Assembly (NCBI GenBank): GCA_043718025.1
Contig: JAYSWN010000136.1
Location: forward strand, 1-25,956
Direction: 5' to 3'
From: Pseudomonadota bacterium
GTDB lineage: Bacteria > Bdellovibrionota > FAC87 > UBA2466
Length of the DNA stretch: 25,956 nucleotides
Below, piece after piece: positions 9,072 to 17,790 of the stretch (positions within the stretch are counted from its first letter, which is position 1; each line of letters opens with the position of its first letter). The translations under genes were made by a program, and so were the position numbers. The notes under the pieces were generated by a model. That model saw only the letters and a program-made list of their open reading frames with translations. It made no database searches and was not told the DNA's origin.

Positions 9072-10073
9072 ATGATGGAATTTAAAAAACCCGAGGGGCG
9101 TCGCGTTTTGGTGGTTGATGATGACGCCGAAAACCGCAATCTCATCGTTGAAGTGCTCGAAGAGCAGAAGTACGAAGTGCAGGCCGCGGCATCGGGTCAG
9201 GAAGCGCTGGTTAGAATTCAAACCTGGACCCCCGAGCTGGTGCTACTCGACTACAACATGCCCGGTCTCTCCGGCCTGGAAACACTCACCCACCTTCGCA
9301 AACAGCAGAACTACACGGCGGTAATTTTTGTTTCGGCCAATTCAGATCGCGAATTGGTTATCGAGTGCTTAGGCTCCGGAGCTGACGATTATATTCGTAA
9401 ACCCTTCAACGCCGGAGAGCTGCTGGCGCGGGTGATGGTGCGCTTTAGAAATAAGGATGTGCAAGACGCCTTAGCCGCGGCCAATGCCCGCCTGCAAGAG
9501 CTGGCCGAGCGCGACGACGTTACCGGCCTCTACAACATGCGATTTATCTACCAAAAGATTGAATCGGAGCTGAAGCGCGCCAAGCGCTACGGCCGTCAGG
9601 TGGGCATCATCATGATGGACATTGATCACTTTAAATCGGTGAACGACCAATTTGACCATCTGTTTGGCAGTCACGTGCTGAAAGAGTTTGGGCAACTGAT
9701 CAAAAAGAACATGCGTGAAATTGATTTTGCGGCTCGTTACGGCGGTGATGAGTTCATGCTGGTGCTCACCGAAACCGACGAAGTTGGCGTGGGCACGTTT
9801 GCTGAGCGCATTCGTAAACTGATTGGCGACCACGTTTGCACCGACGGCAAAAATAATTTTAGTCGCACGGCGAGCCTTGGGTATTCTGTTTCTTCTCTTG
9901 AAGAGCTAATGGTTCCCAAGGAGCTAGTGCTTCGCGCCGATCAAGCATTGTATAAAGCTAAAGAGAATGGGCGTAATCGGGTGGTGAGCTGGTTAGACAT
10001 GCAATCGGGAAAGCTTGCGTCCGAGCCCAAAGAAGCTCCGAAGCTTGCCGTCGCTGGCACACGCCGGCGCTAG
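9072..10073 (+). CDS. Response-regulator diguanylate cyclase (REC-GGDEF)
   Basis: REC domain: VLVVDDD, LLDYNMP (phosphoacceptor D), DDYIRKP. Coiled linker, then D-VTGLYN, DIDHFK-VND, RYGGDEF, with I-site REID. Confidence 0.92.
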   Translation: MMEFKKPEGRRVLVVDDDAENRNLIVEVLEEQKYEVQAAASGQEALVRIQTWTPELVLLDYNMPGLSGLETLTHLRKQQNYTAVIFVSANSDRELVIECLGSGADDYIRKPFNAGELLARVMVRFRNKDVQDALAAANARLQELAERDDVTGLYNMRFIYQKIESELKRAKRYGRQVGIIMMDIDHFKSVNDQFDHLFGSHVLKEFGQLIKKNMREIDFAARYGGDEFMLVLTETDEVGVGTFAERIRKLIGDHVCTDGKNNFSRTASLGYSVSSLEELMVPKELVLRADQALYKAKENGRNRVVSWLDMQSGKLASEPKEAPKLAVAGTRRR

Positions 10074-10122
10074 TACAAAAAATTTCTCTCTCGTTTTTCC
10101 CTTCTTAAAAGTGAGTGATCCC

Positions 10123-10926
10123 ATGAACAAGAAATCGCTTCTTTTGTTTTTGTGCGCGCTGCTCTTAGCGAGCCCCGTGTTCATTTCACCAGCCATGGCC
10201 GAAGAAGAGGACGTTGAATTGGCGCTCGAACCACCCGATGAGGGGTCGGCGGCGGTCAGCCGCGAAGCTTTAAGCGAAGAGGAACAGCGCCTGCAGGATC
10301 TGGTGGAAGAAGAGCAGGGCGATATTGTGGCCGATCCCAATCGTCGTGAACCCTCCAACTTAGACGTGCCCCAGCTTAGCGACGGAAAATTCGAAACGCG
10401 CGAGAGCAATCAGCAGATGAAGATCTTGCGCTACCACCGCGAGCGTCTGGACGGCCGCGAGTATTTAGCGTTTGAAGGTCAAGAAGACTCACCGCATCGC
10501 TTTCACGGCAGTTTAGGGGTGAACCTTGGCCTTACCGCCCCCCAAGTCACCCAAGGAAATATTGAATTTCAGATCTCGGCGTCGAATCACTTTGCCCTGG
10601 GCCTAAAGGCAAACTTTTCAAACATGGCTATTCTTGGCGCGGTTACGCTTAACTACTACAGCCGGCGCCCGTTCGAAGGCATTTGGGTGCAAATGGGATT
10701 TGGGTACGATTACTATCGCTCGCTCGATAACAACATCTTTGGCGACAACACCATTCGTGCCACCACGCCCCTAATTTTTCTGATGGGGTGGCGTTACTTG
10801 GCCGAAAACAATTTAACTTTCGGCTTTTGCGCCGGCGTAAACGGCTACTTCTTCGTGCCCTCGCCGTTTGTCTATTTCACTACTCAGCTGCAGATAGGCT
10901 TGGCGTGGAATATTTTTCCTCACTGA
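10123..10926 (+). CDS. Exported protein: acidic N-terminal region plus probable small outer-membrane beta-barrel
   Basis: Signal peptide MNKKSLLLFLCALLLASPVFISPAMA. The C-terminal half has alternating amphipathic strands rich in G/Y/F/W and ends QIGLAWNIF. The upstream start at 10015 overlaps the DGC gene and was rejected. Confidence 0.6.
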   Translation: MNKKSLLLFLCALLLASPVFISPAMAEEEDVELALEPPDEGSAAVSREALSEEEQRLQDLVEEEQGDIVADPNRREPSNLDVPQLSDGKFETRESNQQMKILRYHRERLDGREYLAFEGQEDSPHRFHGSLGVNLGLTAPQVTQGNIEFQISASNHFALGLKANFSNMAILGAVTLNYYSRRPFEGIWVQMGFGYDYYRSLDNNIFGDNTIRATTPLIFLMGWRYLAENNLTFGFCAGVNGYFFVPSPFVYFTTQLQIGLAWNIFPH

Positions 10927-10998
10927 CCCCTCTCACCGGTCACCAACGTTACTAAAAAATGACTTGAAACCGCGCCTGTTTACCTGTGGGATCGAACC

Positions 10999-11568
10999 AT
11001 GTGGAAAAGAACTATGGCGTGGATCTATGGCCTCAAGCGGTTTGCGGCTCGGCCGTGGTACCCGCTTATGACCGGCGCCTTGGCGTTTGCCGATCTTTTC
11101 ATCTCAATTATTCCGACCGACATTTTCGTGGTGACCGCCGCCATGGCGCAACCCCGCCGTTGGCTCTTTGTGGCGCTATTTACCAGCGTGATGTCGGCGT
11201 TGGGCTCATTAGCCGCCGCTGCCGCGTGCGCCCACTTTGGTGAGCCGGCACTGCAGCACTATTATCCTGATCTAGTGGCATCCACCGCCTGGGCGTGGTC
11301 ACAGGGCTACGTATTAAAGTACGGGGCTTGGGCGTTGATTGTTTTTTCGGTGGGGCCGTTGCCGCTGCAGCCCGCCGTACTCATCGCTGGTTTAATGCAC
11401 CAGAACCTCGGTCTCATTTTTCTGGGCGTACTGGTCGGCAGAGTAATAAAGTATTTGGTGGAGTGCTACTTTGCGGCCAAAAGCCCCCACTATTTGGACG
11501 TTCTCTTTCCTGGCCAACGCAAAGAGGCCGAAGAGGCCGCGAAACTGGCTGCGCTTAAGCTTAGGTAA
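10999..11568 (+). CDS. YqaA/DedA (VTT domain) membrane protein
   Basis: AFADLFISIIPTD, S-LGS, GPLP and GRVIKY motifs with re-entrant hydrophobic segments. Confidence 0.8.
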   Translation: MWKRTMAWIYGLKRFAARPWYPLMTGALAFADLFISIIPTDIFVVTAAMAQPRRWLFVALFTSVMSALGSLAAAAACAHFGEPALQHYYPDLVASTAWAWSQGYVLKYGAWALIVFSVGPLPLQPAVLIAGLMHQNLGLIFLGVLVGRVIKYLVECYFAAKSPHYLDVLFPGQRKEAEEAAKLAALKLR

Positions 11569-13522
11569 TGCCAAGACTCTTTAAGAACGGCAGCTCACTG
11601 GGGTCCCGCCCCAAAAAGCCCGAAAGCAATACGTCGGGCTCTTTTTCTCCGCCGGGCTCGAGAATCCATTCTACATATTCGCGACCGGTTTGAGAGTTCC
11701 AAAGCCCCTCTTTTTCGAAACGATCGTACATGTCTTGCGCGAAAACCTCGGACCACAGGTAACCGTAGTAGCCGGCGTCATATCCACCCATCAGATGACC
11801 AAATCCCGCGTGGGGCATTGATCCTTGGGATAGTGGAATCAACATCACGTCTTTGGCCACCTCACAAAACACCTCATTCGCATTCACCGATTGGGGGCCG
11901 TGGTAAGTGAGATCGATCAGCGCGAAGCCAACTTGCCGCAAATATTTAAGACCCGATAAAAAGAGTTTGGCGCCAATCAGACGGGCGATAAGATCGTCGG
12001 GCAGCTTCTTTTTCATATCGGTGAAATGACCCGACAGCTTCTTTAGGATCTCTGGTTGCCATACCCAGTTCTCGAACATTTGCGAAGGGGCCTCCACAAA
12101 ATCGGTCTTTACGTTGGTGCCCGAAAAAAAGGCGTAACGGGCGCGCGTCAGCACCTGATGCATAATGTGGCCAAACTCGTGAAAAAGAGTTTCTACTTCT
12201 TGGTGGTCAAGTAACGACGGCCGATCTTTGGTGGCCGGATTAAAATTGGCCACAATCGCTGAAACGGGTGGAACGTATTTTCCATCGCCGCCGGTGAAAC
12301 CCGAAACCAGCGTGAAAGCGGCCGCGTGCCCGTACTTTCCTTCGCGCGGAAACAGATCCATAAAAAAGAACGCTATGGTTTCGCCTTTTTTTACGACCCG
12401 AAATAATTCTACCGCCGCATGCCAAACCAAACCTTTTTCGGCAATAAATTCTACTCCCAAGAGTCGCTGGTAAATTTGAAACATGCCCTCGATGACATTC
12501 GAAAGGGGAAAGTATTCTTTGATCGTCTGGCTATCGAACTGGTAGCGCTCTTTGCGAAGTTGATTTTCCCAATAGCGCCATTCGTAAGCGTGCATCTCGG
12601 TGGCGGTGGTGCCGCGGGCGCGCTGTTTAGTGGCAATCAGCTCGGCCAACTCAAGCTTGCCCTTAGCAATTAGCTTGCCCTTCAACCGATTCAAAAAATC
12701 ATGGGCCGAACGGGCCGACTTGGCCATGCGACGACTCAAAATAAAATCGGCGTGCGAATCAAAGCCCAAAAGTTTAGCCAAGTCGCGGCGTAGCTCAAGT
12801 GCTTCGCCAATCAGCTTCGCGTTCTCGTCTCCGCCGCGACACATGTATTTGCGTTCAAGGCGTTCACGCGCCGAATCCGATTCGGCGCTTTCCATAAAGG
12901 GGCTGTAGTGCGGCGAAGAAAGGGTGACTTTAAATCGGCCCCCTTCGGTTTTGGTCAGGCCATCGCGGTAAGAATCGGGAAGCCCCTTAAGCTCTTCTTG
13001 CGTGACCTCAATGTAGTCTTCCCACTCTACCAGTCGCTTGGAGAACTCGCTCTCGACTGCGACGAGCCTTTTCTTTTTCTCAAGGAATTGAGCCCGCTTT
13101 TCATCGCTAAGTCCCAAACCGTTGCGCTCGAAAAGCAGCAGGTATTCGGACAGCAGTTTTTTATCGACCGCATTGGTGACTACGCCTTTGGTCTCTAACT
13201 GTTTTAGCGCCTGATAAAGCGGCTTTCGCGCAAAGAGGTCAACCATCAGCTGTTGCAGGCGGGTTTCACACTTGTCGGCTGCGTTACGTATCTCAGCGTC
13301 GGTTGAAACGTATTTTAGAAATAGGGGAGTATTTACTGAATTTGAAAGACGGGCGGCCGAAGCCTCCAGCGCGCCCAAGGTGTTTTTAAAGGATATGTCG
13401 GCAGAAGCCACGCTCTCCACCGCGTTGATTGCATCTAGAAATAGCTTTTCTTCGCTCTCGTAAATCGAAGCTATGGAGTCTGCCGTAAAATTAAATCGTG
13501 GCGCTTCGGCGTCCCTCTTCAT
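11561..13522 (-). CDS. M3A metallo-oligopeptidase (thimet oligopeptidase-like)
   Basis: FHEFGH zinc motif, DFVEAPSQMFENW (third ligand E), DLFPREGKYGHAA, FGHLMGGYDAGYYGYLWSEV. Confidence 0.92.
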   Translation of the reverse strand: MKRDAEAPRFNFTADSIASIYESEEKLFLDAINAVESVASADISFKNTLGALEASAARLSNSVNTPLFLKYVSTDAEIRNAADKCETRLQQLMVDLFARKPLYQALKQLETKGVVTNAVDKKLLSEYLLLFERNGLGLSDEKRAQFLEKKKRLVAVESEFSKRLVEWEDYIEVTQEELKGLPDSYRDGLTKTEGGRFKVTLSSPHYSPFMESAESDSARERLERKYMCRGGDENAKLIGEALELRRDLAKLLGFDSHADFILSRRMAKSARSAHDFLNRLKGKLIAKGKLELAELIATKQRARGTTATEMHAYEWRYWENQLRKERYQFDSQTIKEYFPLSNVIEGMFQIYQRLLGVEFIAEKGLVWHAAVELFRVVKKGETIAFFFMDLFPREGKYGHAAAFTLVSGFTGGDGKYVPPVSAIVANFNPATKDRPSLLDHQEVETLFHEFGHIMHQVLTRARYAFFSGTNVKTDFVEAPSQMFENWVWQPEILKKLSGHFTDMKKKLPDDLIARLIGAKLFLSGLKYLRQVGFALIDLTYHGPQSVNANEVFCEVAKDVMLIPLSQGSMPHAGFGHLMGGYDAGYYGYLWSEVFAQDMYDRFEKEGLWNSQTGREYVEWILEPGGEKEPDVLLSGFLGRDPSELPFLKSLGIT

Positions 13523-14442
13523 CCGTGAATGCTCTCTAGATATCTCTCGGCGTCAATTGCGGACTGGCAGCCGCTGGCCGCCGCCGTAATCGCCTGACGG
13601 TAGATGGTGTCTTGAACGTCGCCGGCGGCAAAAACGCCCGGGCGATTGGTAGCCGTAGTGGGGCGCTTATTGAGAACCACGTAACCTTTGTCATCGAGGG
13701 CCACTTGCCCCTTTAAAAAAACGGTGTTGGGTTCGTGGCCAATGGCCACGAAGAAACCTTCGCACGGTATTTCTTTGATGGCGCCGGTAATGACGTCGCG
13801 CAACCGAGCTCCGGTTACGCCGTCGGTGCCCAGAATTTCGTCTACGGTGTGATTCCAGAGCACTTTGATTTTGGGGTTGGCGAACACCCGGTCTTGCATG
13901 ATTTTGCTGGCCCGAAAAGAGTCTTTGCGGTGTACCAGCGTGACCTGTTTCGCAAAACGGGTAAGAAAGTTGGCCTCTTCCATGGCGGAATCGCCGCCGC
14001 CAATAACCACGATGTCGGCGTTACGAAAAAAGGCGCCGTCGCAGGTAGCGCAGCTACTTACGCCTTTGCCTAAAAGCCGCTTTTCACTTTCGATGCCGAG
14101 CCATTTTGTGGCGGCTCCGGTAGAGATAATCGCCGTCTTGGCTTCAATCAGTTCATTTTCGATCCACACTTTGTGCGTGGAGCCAGTAAAATCAACTTTG
14201 GTGGCGTCTTTTTGGATAAACCGCGTGCCAAAGCGCTCGGCCTGGTCTCGAAAATGTTTCATCAGCTCGGGGCCCATGATTCCTTTGGGAAACCCGGGAA
14301 AATTTTCTACGTCGCTGGTAAGCATCAAGAGGCCGCCGCTTTGGTATCCTTCGATCATTATCGGCTTTAAATTGGCGCGCGCCGAATAGATGGCGGCCGT
14401 GTAGCCGGCGGGACCGGAACCAATAATCACTAGATTTTCCAT
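13519..14442 (-). CDS. trxB: Thioredoxin-disulfide reductase
   Basis: IIGSGPAG, CATCDG active site, GGGDSAMEEA, GVFAAGDV. Start at ATG 14442 or GTG 14448. Confidence 0.96.
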   Translation of the reverse strand: MENLVIIGSGPAGYTAAIYSARANLKPIMIEGYQSGGLLMLTSDVENFPGFPKGIMGPELMKHFRDQAERFGTRFIQKDATKVDFTGSTHKVWIENELIEAKTAIISTGAATKWLGIESEKRLLGKGVSSCATCDGAFFRNADIVVIGGGDSAMEEANFLTRFAKQVTLVHRKDSFRASKIMQDRVFANPKIKVLWNHTVDEILGTDGVTGARLRDVITGAIKEIPCEGFFVAIGHEPNTVFLKGQVALDDKGYVVLNKRPTTATNRPGVFAAGDVQDTIYRQAITAAASGCQSAIDAERYLESIHG

Positions 14443-14484
14443 AACCACTTCTTCCTACTTCAATGCCTTAAAAATTAGACTCGA

Positions 14485-14513
14485 AGCCTAATGGCAGAAT
14501 TGCCAGTTTTCAA
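14485..14513 (-). promoter_or_regulatory. sigma70-type promoter of trxB with a palindrome in the spacer
   Basis: TTGAAA-N17-TAGGCT on the minus strand; the spacer holds TGGCA-N4-TGCCA (14492-14505). Confidence 0.5.
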
Positions 14514-15415
14514 CGCACACCGCTTTGCCAAACATCTTTTAAGGTTTCCGACAATGGCCGGAAGACAAAAGCGGGCATCCATTTCCGAAGTTTTTCCGGC
14601 TTCACTACGATTCCCTGAAAAGGATTATGTTGATCCGGAACCGTTTGTATTTTTGATGGCACGCCCGACAGGTCGAGCAAATTTTTGGCGATGGATTCGA
14701 TGGTGTTGACCTGTGGCGAGGCTACATTTATCCACTCCAACGCTGACCGGCCTTTAAACTCCCATAGTAGAGTCAGAACTTCAGCCAAGTCGCGTACGTC
14801 CATGAACTGCCGAAAGCTGTTGGGTGATCGCACGATGAGATCGCGGCCGGCCGGCCCCAAAGCTCTAATCTTTTGACATAGGTCGGGTACTACGAACCCC
14901 TCGGGCTGACCGGGTCCAATGCACGTATAAAGGCGTCCAATAATGAATTCGTGCTCAGGGTTTCGTTTGGCAAAGTTCTCGATGGCACGTTCGGCCAAGT
15001 ACTTTGAAAAGCCGTAATAGCTCAAGGGGGCCACCGGGGTAACTTCAGACACGTCGCCGGCGGCATTTCCATAGACGTGCATGGTGCTGGCGAAAAAGAG
15101 CTGAAACGGTTTCTGAAAGGGCTCGGCGGCCTCAAGAAAGCGCGATAAGGTCAAGAAATTTTGGCGAAAGTAATTTTCGTTATGTTCGCCGGACCCGAGG
15201 CGGCCGTTGCCCACCAGAAAATAGATACGGTCGGGATAATGGGCGCCAAGCAGTTTGGTAACCGCGGCGGCGTCCAAAATGTCGCATTCAATGGTTTCTT
15301 TACTGTCGGCGGTGGCAGAAAGAGCCACCGAAACCACCGAAGACGGGCTGCGGCGCAGTGCCTGGCCAAGACGCCGTCCGATAAAGCCATTGCCGCCTAC
15401 AATCATCTGTCGCAT
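14510..15415 (-). CDS. NAD(P)-dependent epimerase/dehydratase (extended SDR), Rmd-like nucleotide-sugar reductase
   Basis: GGNGFIG, ASTMHVYG, YGFSK, IGPGQPEGFVVPD and R-FMDVRD, resembling GDP-4-keto-6-deoxymannose reductases. Confidence 0.75.
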   Translation of the reverse strand: MRQMIVGGNGFIGRRLGQALRRSPSSVVSVALSATADSKETIECDILDAAAVTKLLGAHYPDRIYFLVGNGRLGSGEHNENYFRQNFLTLSRFLEAAEPFQKPFQLFFASTMHVYGNAAGDVSEVTPVAPLSYYGFSKYLAERAIENFAKRNPEHEFIIGRLYTCIGPGQPEGFVVPDLCQKIRALGPAGRDLIVRSPNSFRQFMDVRDLAEVLTLLWEFKGRSALEWINVASPQVNTIESIAKNLLDLSGVPSKIQTVPDQHNPFQGIVVKPEKLRKWMPAFVFRPLSETLKDVWQSGVR

Positions 15416-15421
15416 GGCGAT

Positions 15422-15450
15422 AAGCTACCGGAGGGAGCCACCCTCTGCAA
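15422..15450 (-). promoter_or_regulatory. sigma70-type promoter giving a leaderless mRNA
   Basis: TTGCAG-N17-TAGCTT-N6-ATG(15415), with no Shine-Dalgarno. Confidence 0.5.
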
Positions 15451-15542
15451 AGCCCGATCCTTCGTCCATAACGCGGATGGCCTTTTTTGCTGACTACGAT
15501 ACTGACCTTTTTAACCCCCCGCGGCTGTGATATTTCCTATTT

Positions 15543-16589
15543 ATGCAAATTCTTGTCACCGGCGGCTGTGGTTTTATTGGTTCTCATTTCATCCGCTACA
15601 GCCTCGCTAAATACCCCGAAGTAAAGATCATCAACGTCGACGCAATGACCTATGCGGCGCACCCTGATACCGCCAAGTACCTTCAGGGGCTGGCGCCTAA
15701 GCGCTATCAGCTTATTCAGGAAGACATTACGTCGCCAAAGGTGGCCGACCTGATTCGGGCGGCCTCGATTGACGCGATTGTAAATTTTGCCGCCGAAACA
15801 CATGTAGATCGCAGCATTTTAGAGCCTTCCATTTTCGTGATGACGAATATCAAAGGGGTAGAAAATTTATTGAGCGCCGCCCGAAAAAAAGGGGGGATCC
15901 GTTTTGTGCAGGTTTCAACCGATGAGGTTTACGGTTCATTGGCCCCGGTTGACCCCAAGTCGGTGGAAGCCTCCCAGCTTTCCCCCAATTCTCCTTATGC
16001 CGCGTCGAAGGCCGCCGCCGATCTTTTGGTTTTGGCCAACAATAAAACTTATGCCCAAGACATTGTGGTCACCCGCTGTACCAACAATTTTGGCCCCTAT
16101 CAGTTCCCCGAAAAATTTGTGCCGTTGATGATCGCCAACGCCATTGAGGGGTTACCCATTCCGGTTTATGGAGATGGTCAGCAGGTACGTGACTGGATTT
16201 ACGTTGAAGACCACTGTACGGGAATCGATCTCTGCTTACGAAAAGGGCAGAGTGGCGAGATCTACAACATCAGTTCAAATAATGAACAAAAGAATTTAGA
16301 TATCGCTAAAACACTTTTGAAAATGTTGGGTAAACCCGAATCGCTGCTGAAATTCGTAGGCGACCGGCCCGGCCATGATCGTCGATATGGTTTAGACGCC
16401 AGCAAAATTCGCAATGAGCTTGGCTGGAAGCCCGAGTTTAATTTCGAAAAGGCCATGGAACAGACTATTGCCTGGTACAAGAGTAACGAGGCGTGGTGGA
16501 GAAAGTTGCGCGGCAAGGCGTTTTACGACTATTACGCCGCCAACTACGATGTAAAATTTAAGGCCACGGTGGCGGAGACAAACGGATGA
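15543..16589 (+). CDS. rfbB: dTDP-glucose 4,6-dehydratase
   Basis: TGGCGFIG, AAETHVDRSI, STDEVYG, YAASK, GPYQFPEK, RDWIYVEDH, DRPGHDRRY. Confidence 0.96.
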   Translation: MQILVTGGCGFIGSHFIRYSLAKYPEVKIINVDAMTYAAHPDTAKYLQGLAPKRYQLIQEDITSPKVADLIRAASIDAIVNFAAETHVDRSILEPSIFVMTNIKGVENLLSAARKKGGIRFVQVSTDEVYGSLAPVDPKSVEASQLSPNSPYAASKAAADLLVLANNKTYAQDIVVTRCTNNFGPYQFPEKFVPLMIANAIEGLPIPVYGDGQQVRDWIYVEDHCTGIDLCLRKGQSGEIYNISSNNEQKNLDIAKTLLKMLGKPESLLKFVGDRPGHDRRYGLDASKIRNELGWKPEFNFEKAMEQTIAWYKSNEAWWRKLRGKAFYDYYAANYDVKFKATVAETNG

Positions 16590-17299
16590 AAGGCATTATT
16601 CTAGCCGGCGGTACCGGTTCACGCCTTTTTCCCCTCACTAAGGTAACGAATAAGCATCTGCTTCCCGTGGGACGAAAACCCATGATTCTGCATCCCGTGG
16701 AAAAGCTAACGGCGGCCGGGGTGAAAGAGATAATGGTGGTGACTGGCGTTGAGCATATGGGGGCGGTGGTTACGCTATTGGGCTCAGGAAAAGATTTTAA
16801 CTGCCGTTTCACCTACAAAGTTCAAGACGAAGCCGGTGGCATTGCGCAAGCGTTGGGGTTGTGTGAGGACTTTGGCCAGCGCAACAAAATCTGCGTGCTG
16901 CTCGGCGACAATATTTTTACCGATGATCTGAGTCGTTTCGTGAGCCGATTCGAAAAGGGGAACCACGGGGCGATGGTTCTGCTCAAAGAGGTGAGCGATC
17001 CGCAACGGTTCGGAGTGGCGAACATTGAAAATGGAAAATTGATGCGCATTGAAGAAAAGCCCAAGCAGCCAAAAAGCTCTTTGGCGGTGACCGGCATCTA
17101 TTTTTACGACGAAAAGGTTTTTGAAATTATTAAAACTCTGCGTCCCAGTGGGCGTGGTGAGCTTGAGATCACCGACGTGAACAACGCCTATCTCGAGAAG
17201 GGCGCTTTGGAGTTCGACGAGATTAATGGGGATTGGACTGACGCCGGAACCTTCGAGTCTTTACAGTTAGCAAACCAACTGATGGCAACCTCAAGGTAA
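16586..17299 (+). CDS. rfbA: Glucose-1-phosphate thymidylyltransferase (short, SpsI-like form)
   Basis: KGIILAGGTGSRL-PLT, LGDNIF, EEKP, PSGRGELEITDVN, WTDAGT. ATGA overlap with rfbB. Confidence 0.9.
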   Translation: MKGIILAGGTGSRLFPLTKVTNKHLLPVGRKPMILHPVEKLTAAGVKEIMVVTGVEHMGAVVTLLGSGKDFNCRFTYKVQDEAGGIAQALGLCEDFGQRNKICVLLGDNIFTDDLSRFVSRFEKGNHGAMVLLKEVSDPQRFGVANIENGKLMRIEEKPKQPKSSLAVTGIYFYDEKVFEIIKTLRPSGRGELEITDVNNAYLEKGALEFDEINGDWTDAGTFESLQLANQLMATSR

Positions 17300-17306
17300 T
17301 TCAATA

Positions 17307-17783
17307 ATGGAATTTAAATCTGCAGCGATTCATGACGTGGTGATAACTCCGCTAAAAAAGTATCACGATAAGCGGGGCTGGCTGGTGGAAACCTTTCGTT
17401 GCGACGAAGTGCCCAAAGAGTATCACCCGCAAATGTCGTACACCTCGGTGTCACACCCCAACATCACCCGTGGGCCGCACGAGCACGTGGATCAGTCTGA
17501 CCTATTTGTTTTCTTGGGGCCAGGCACGTTTCGGATTTGGGTTTGGGACAACCGTGCCGATTCTCCAACCTACTTGCACAAGATGGTATTCGAGGGGGGG
17601 GAGGAAACACCTTTGTCGGTACTGATTCCACCCGGGGTGGTGCATGCGTACCGAAATATAAGTCAGACCATGGCCACGGTGCAAAATTATCCTAACCGCA
17701 TGTTCATGGGGGCCGGCAAAAAGGATCCCATTGATGAATTGAGGCATGAGGATGACCCCAACTCCCCCTTTAAGCCGAATTGA
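17307..17783 (+). CDS. rfbC: dTDP-4-dehydrorhamnose 3,5-epimerase family cupin
   Basis: DKRGW--E, RGPHEH, IPPGVVHAY; position within the rfb cluster. Confidence 0.88.
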   Translation: MEFKSAAIHDVVITPLKKYHDKRGWLVETFRCDEVPKEYHPQMSYTSVSHPNITRGPHEHVDQSDLFVFLGPGTFRIWVWDNRADSPTYLHKMVFEGGEETPLSVLIPPGVVHAYRNISQTMATVQNYPNRMFMGAGKKDPIDELRHEDDPNSPFKPN

Positions 17784-17790
17784 AAAAAAT

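Noticed and set aside
10015..10122. N-terminal extension of the beta-barrel ORF
   Set aside because: Overlaps the DGC 3' end. The signal peptide begins at 10123.
13735..14389. Antisense ORFs over trxB (and similar ones over opp, M3, rfb and kds genes)
   Set aside because: Fully nested opposite well-conserved genes, with non-protein-like composition.
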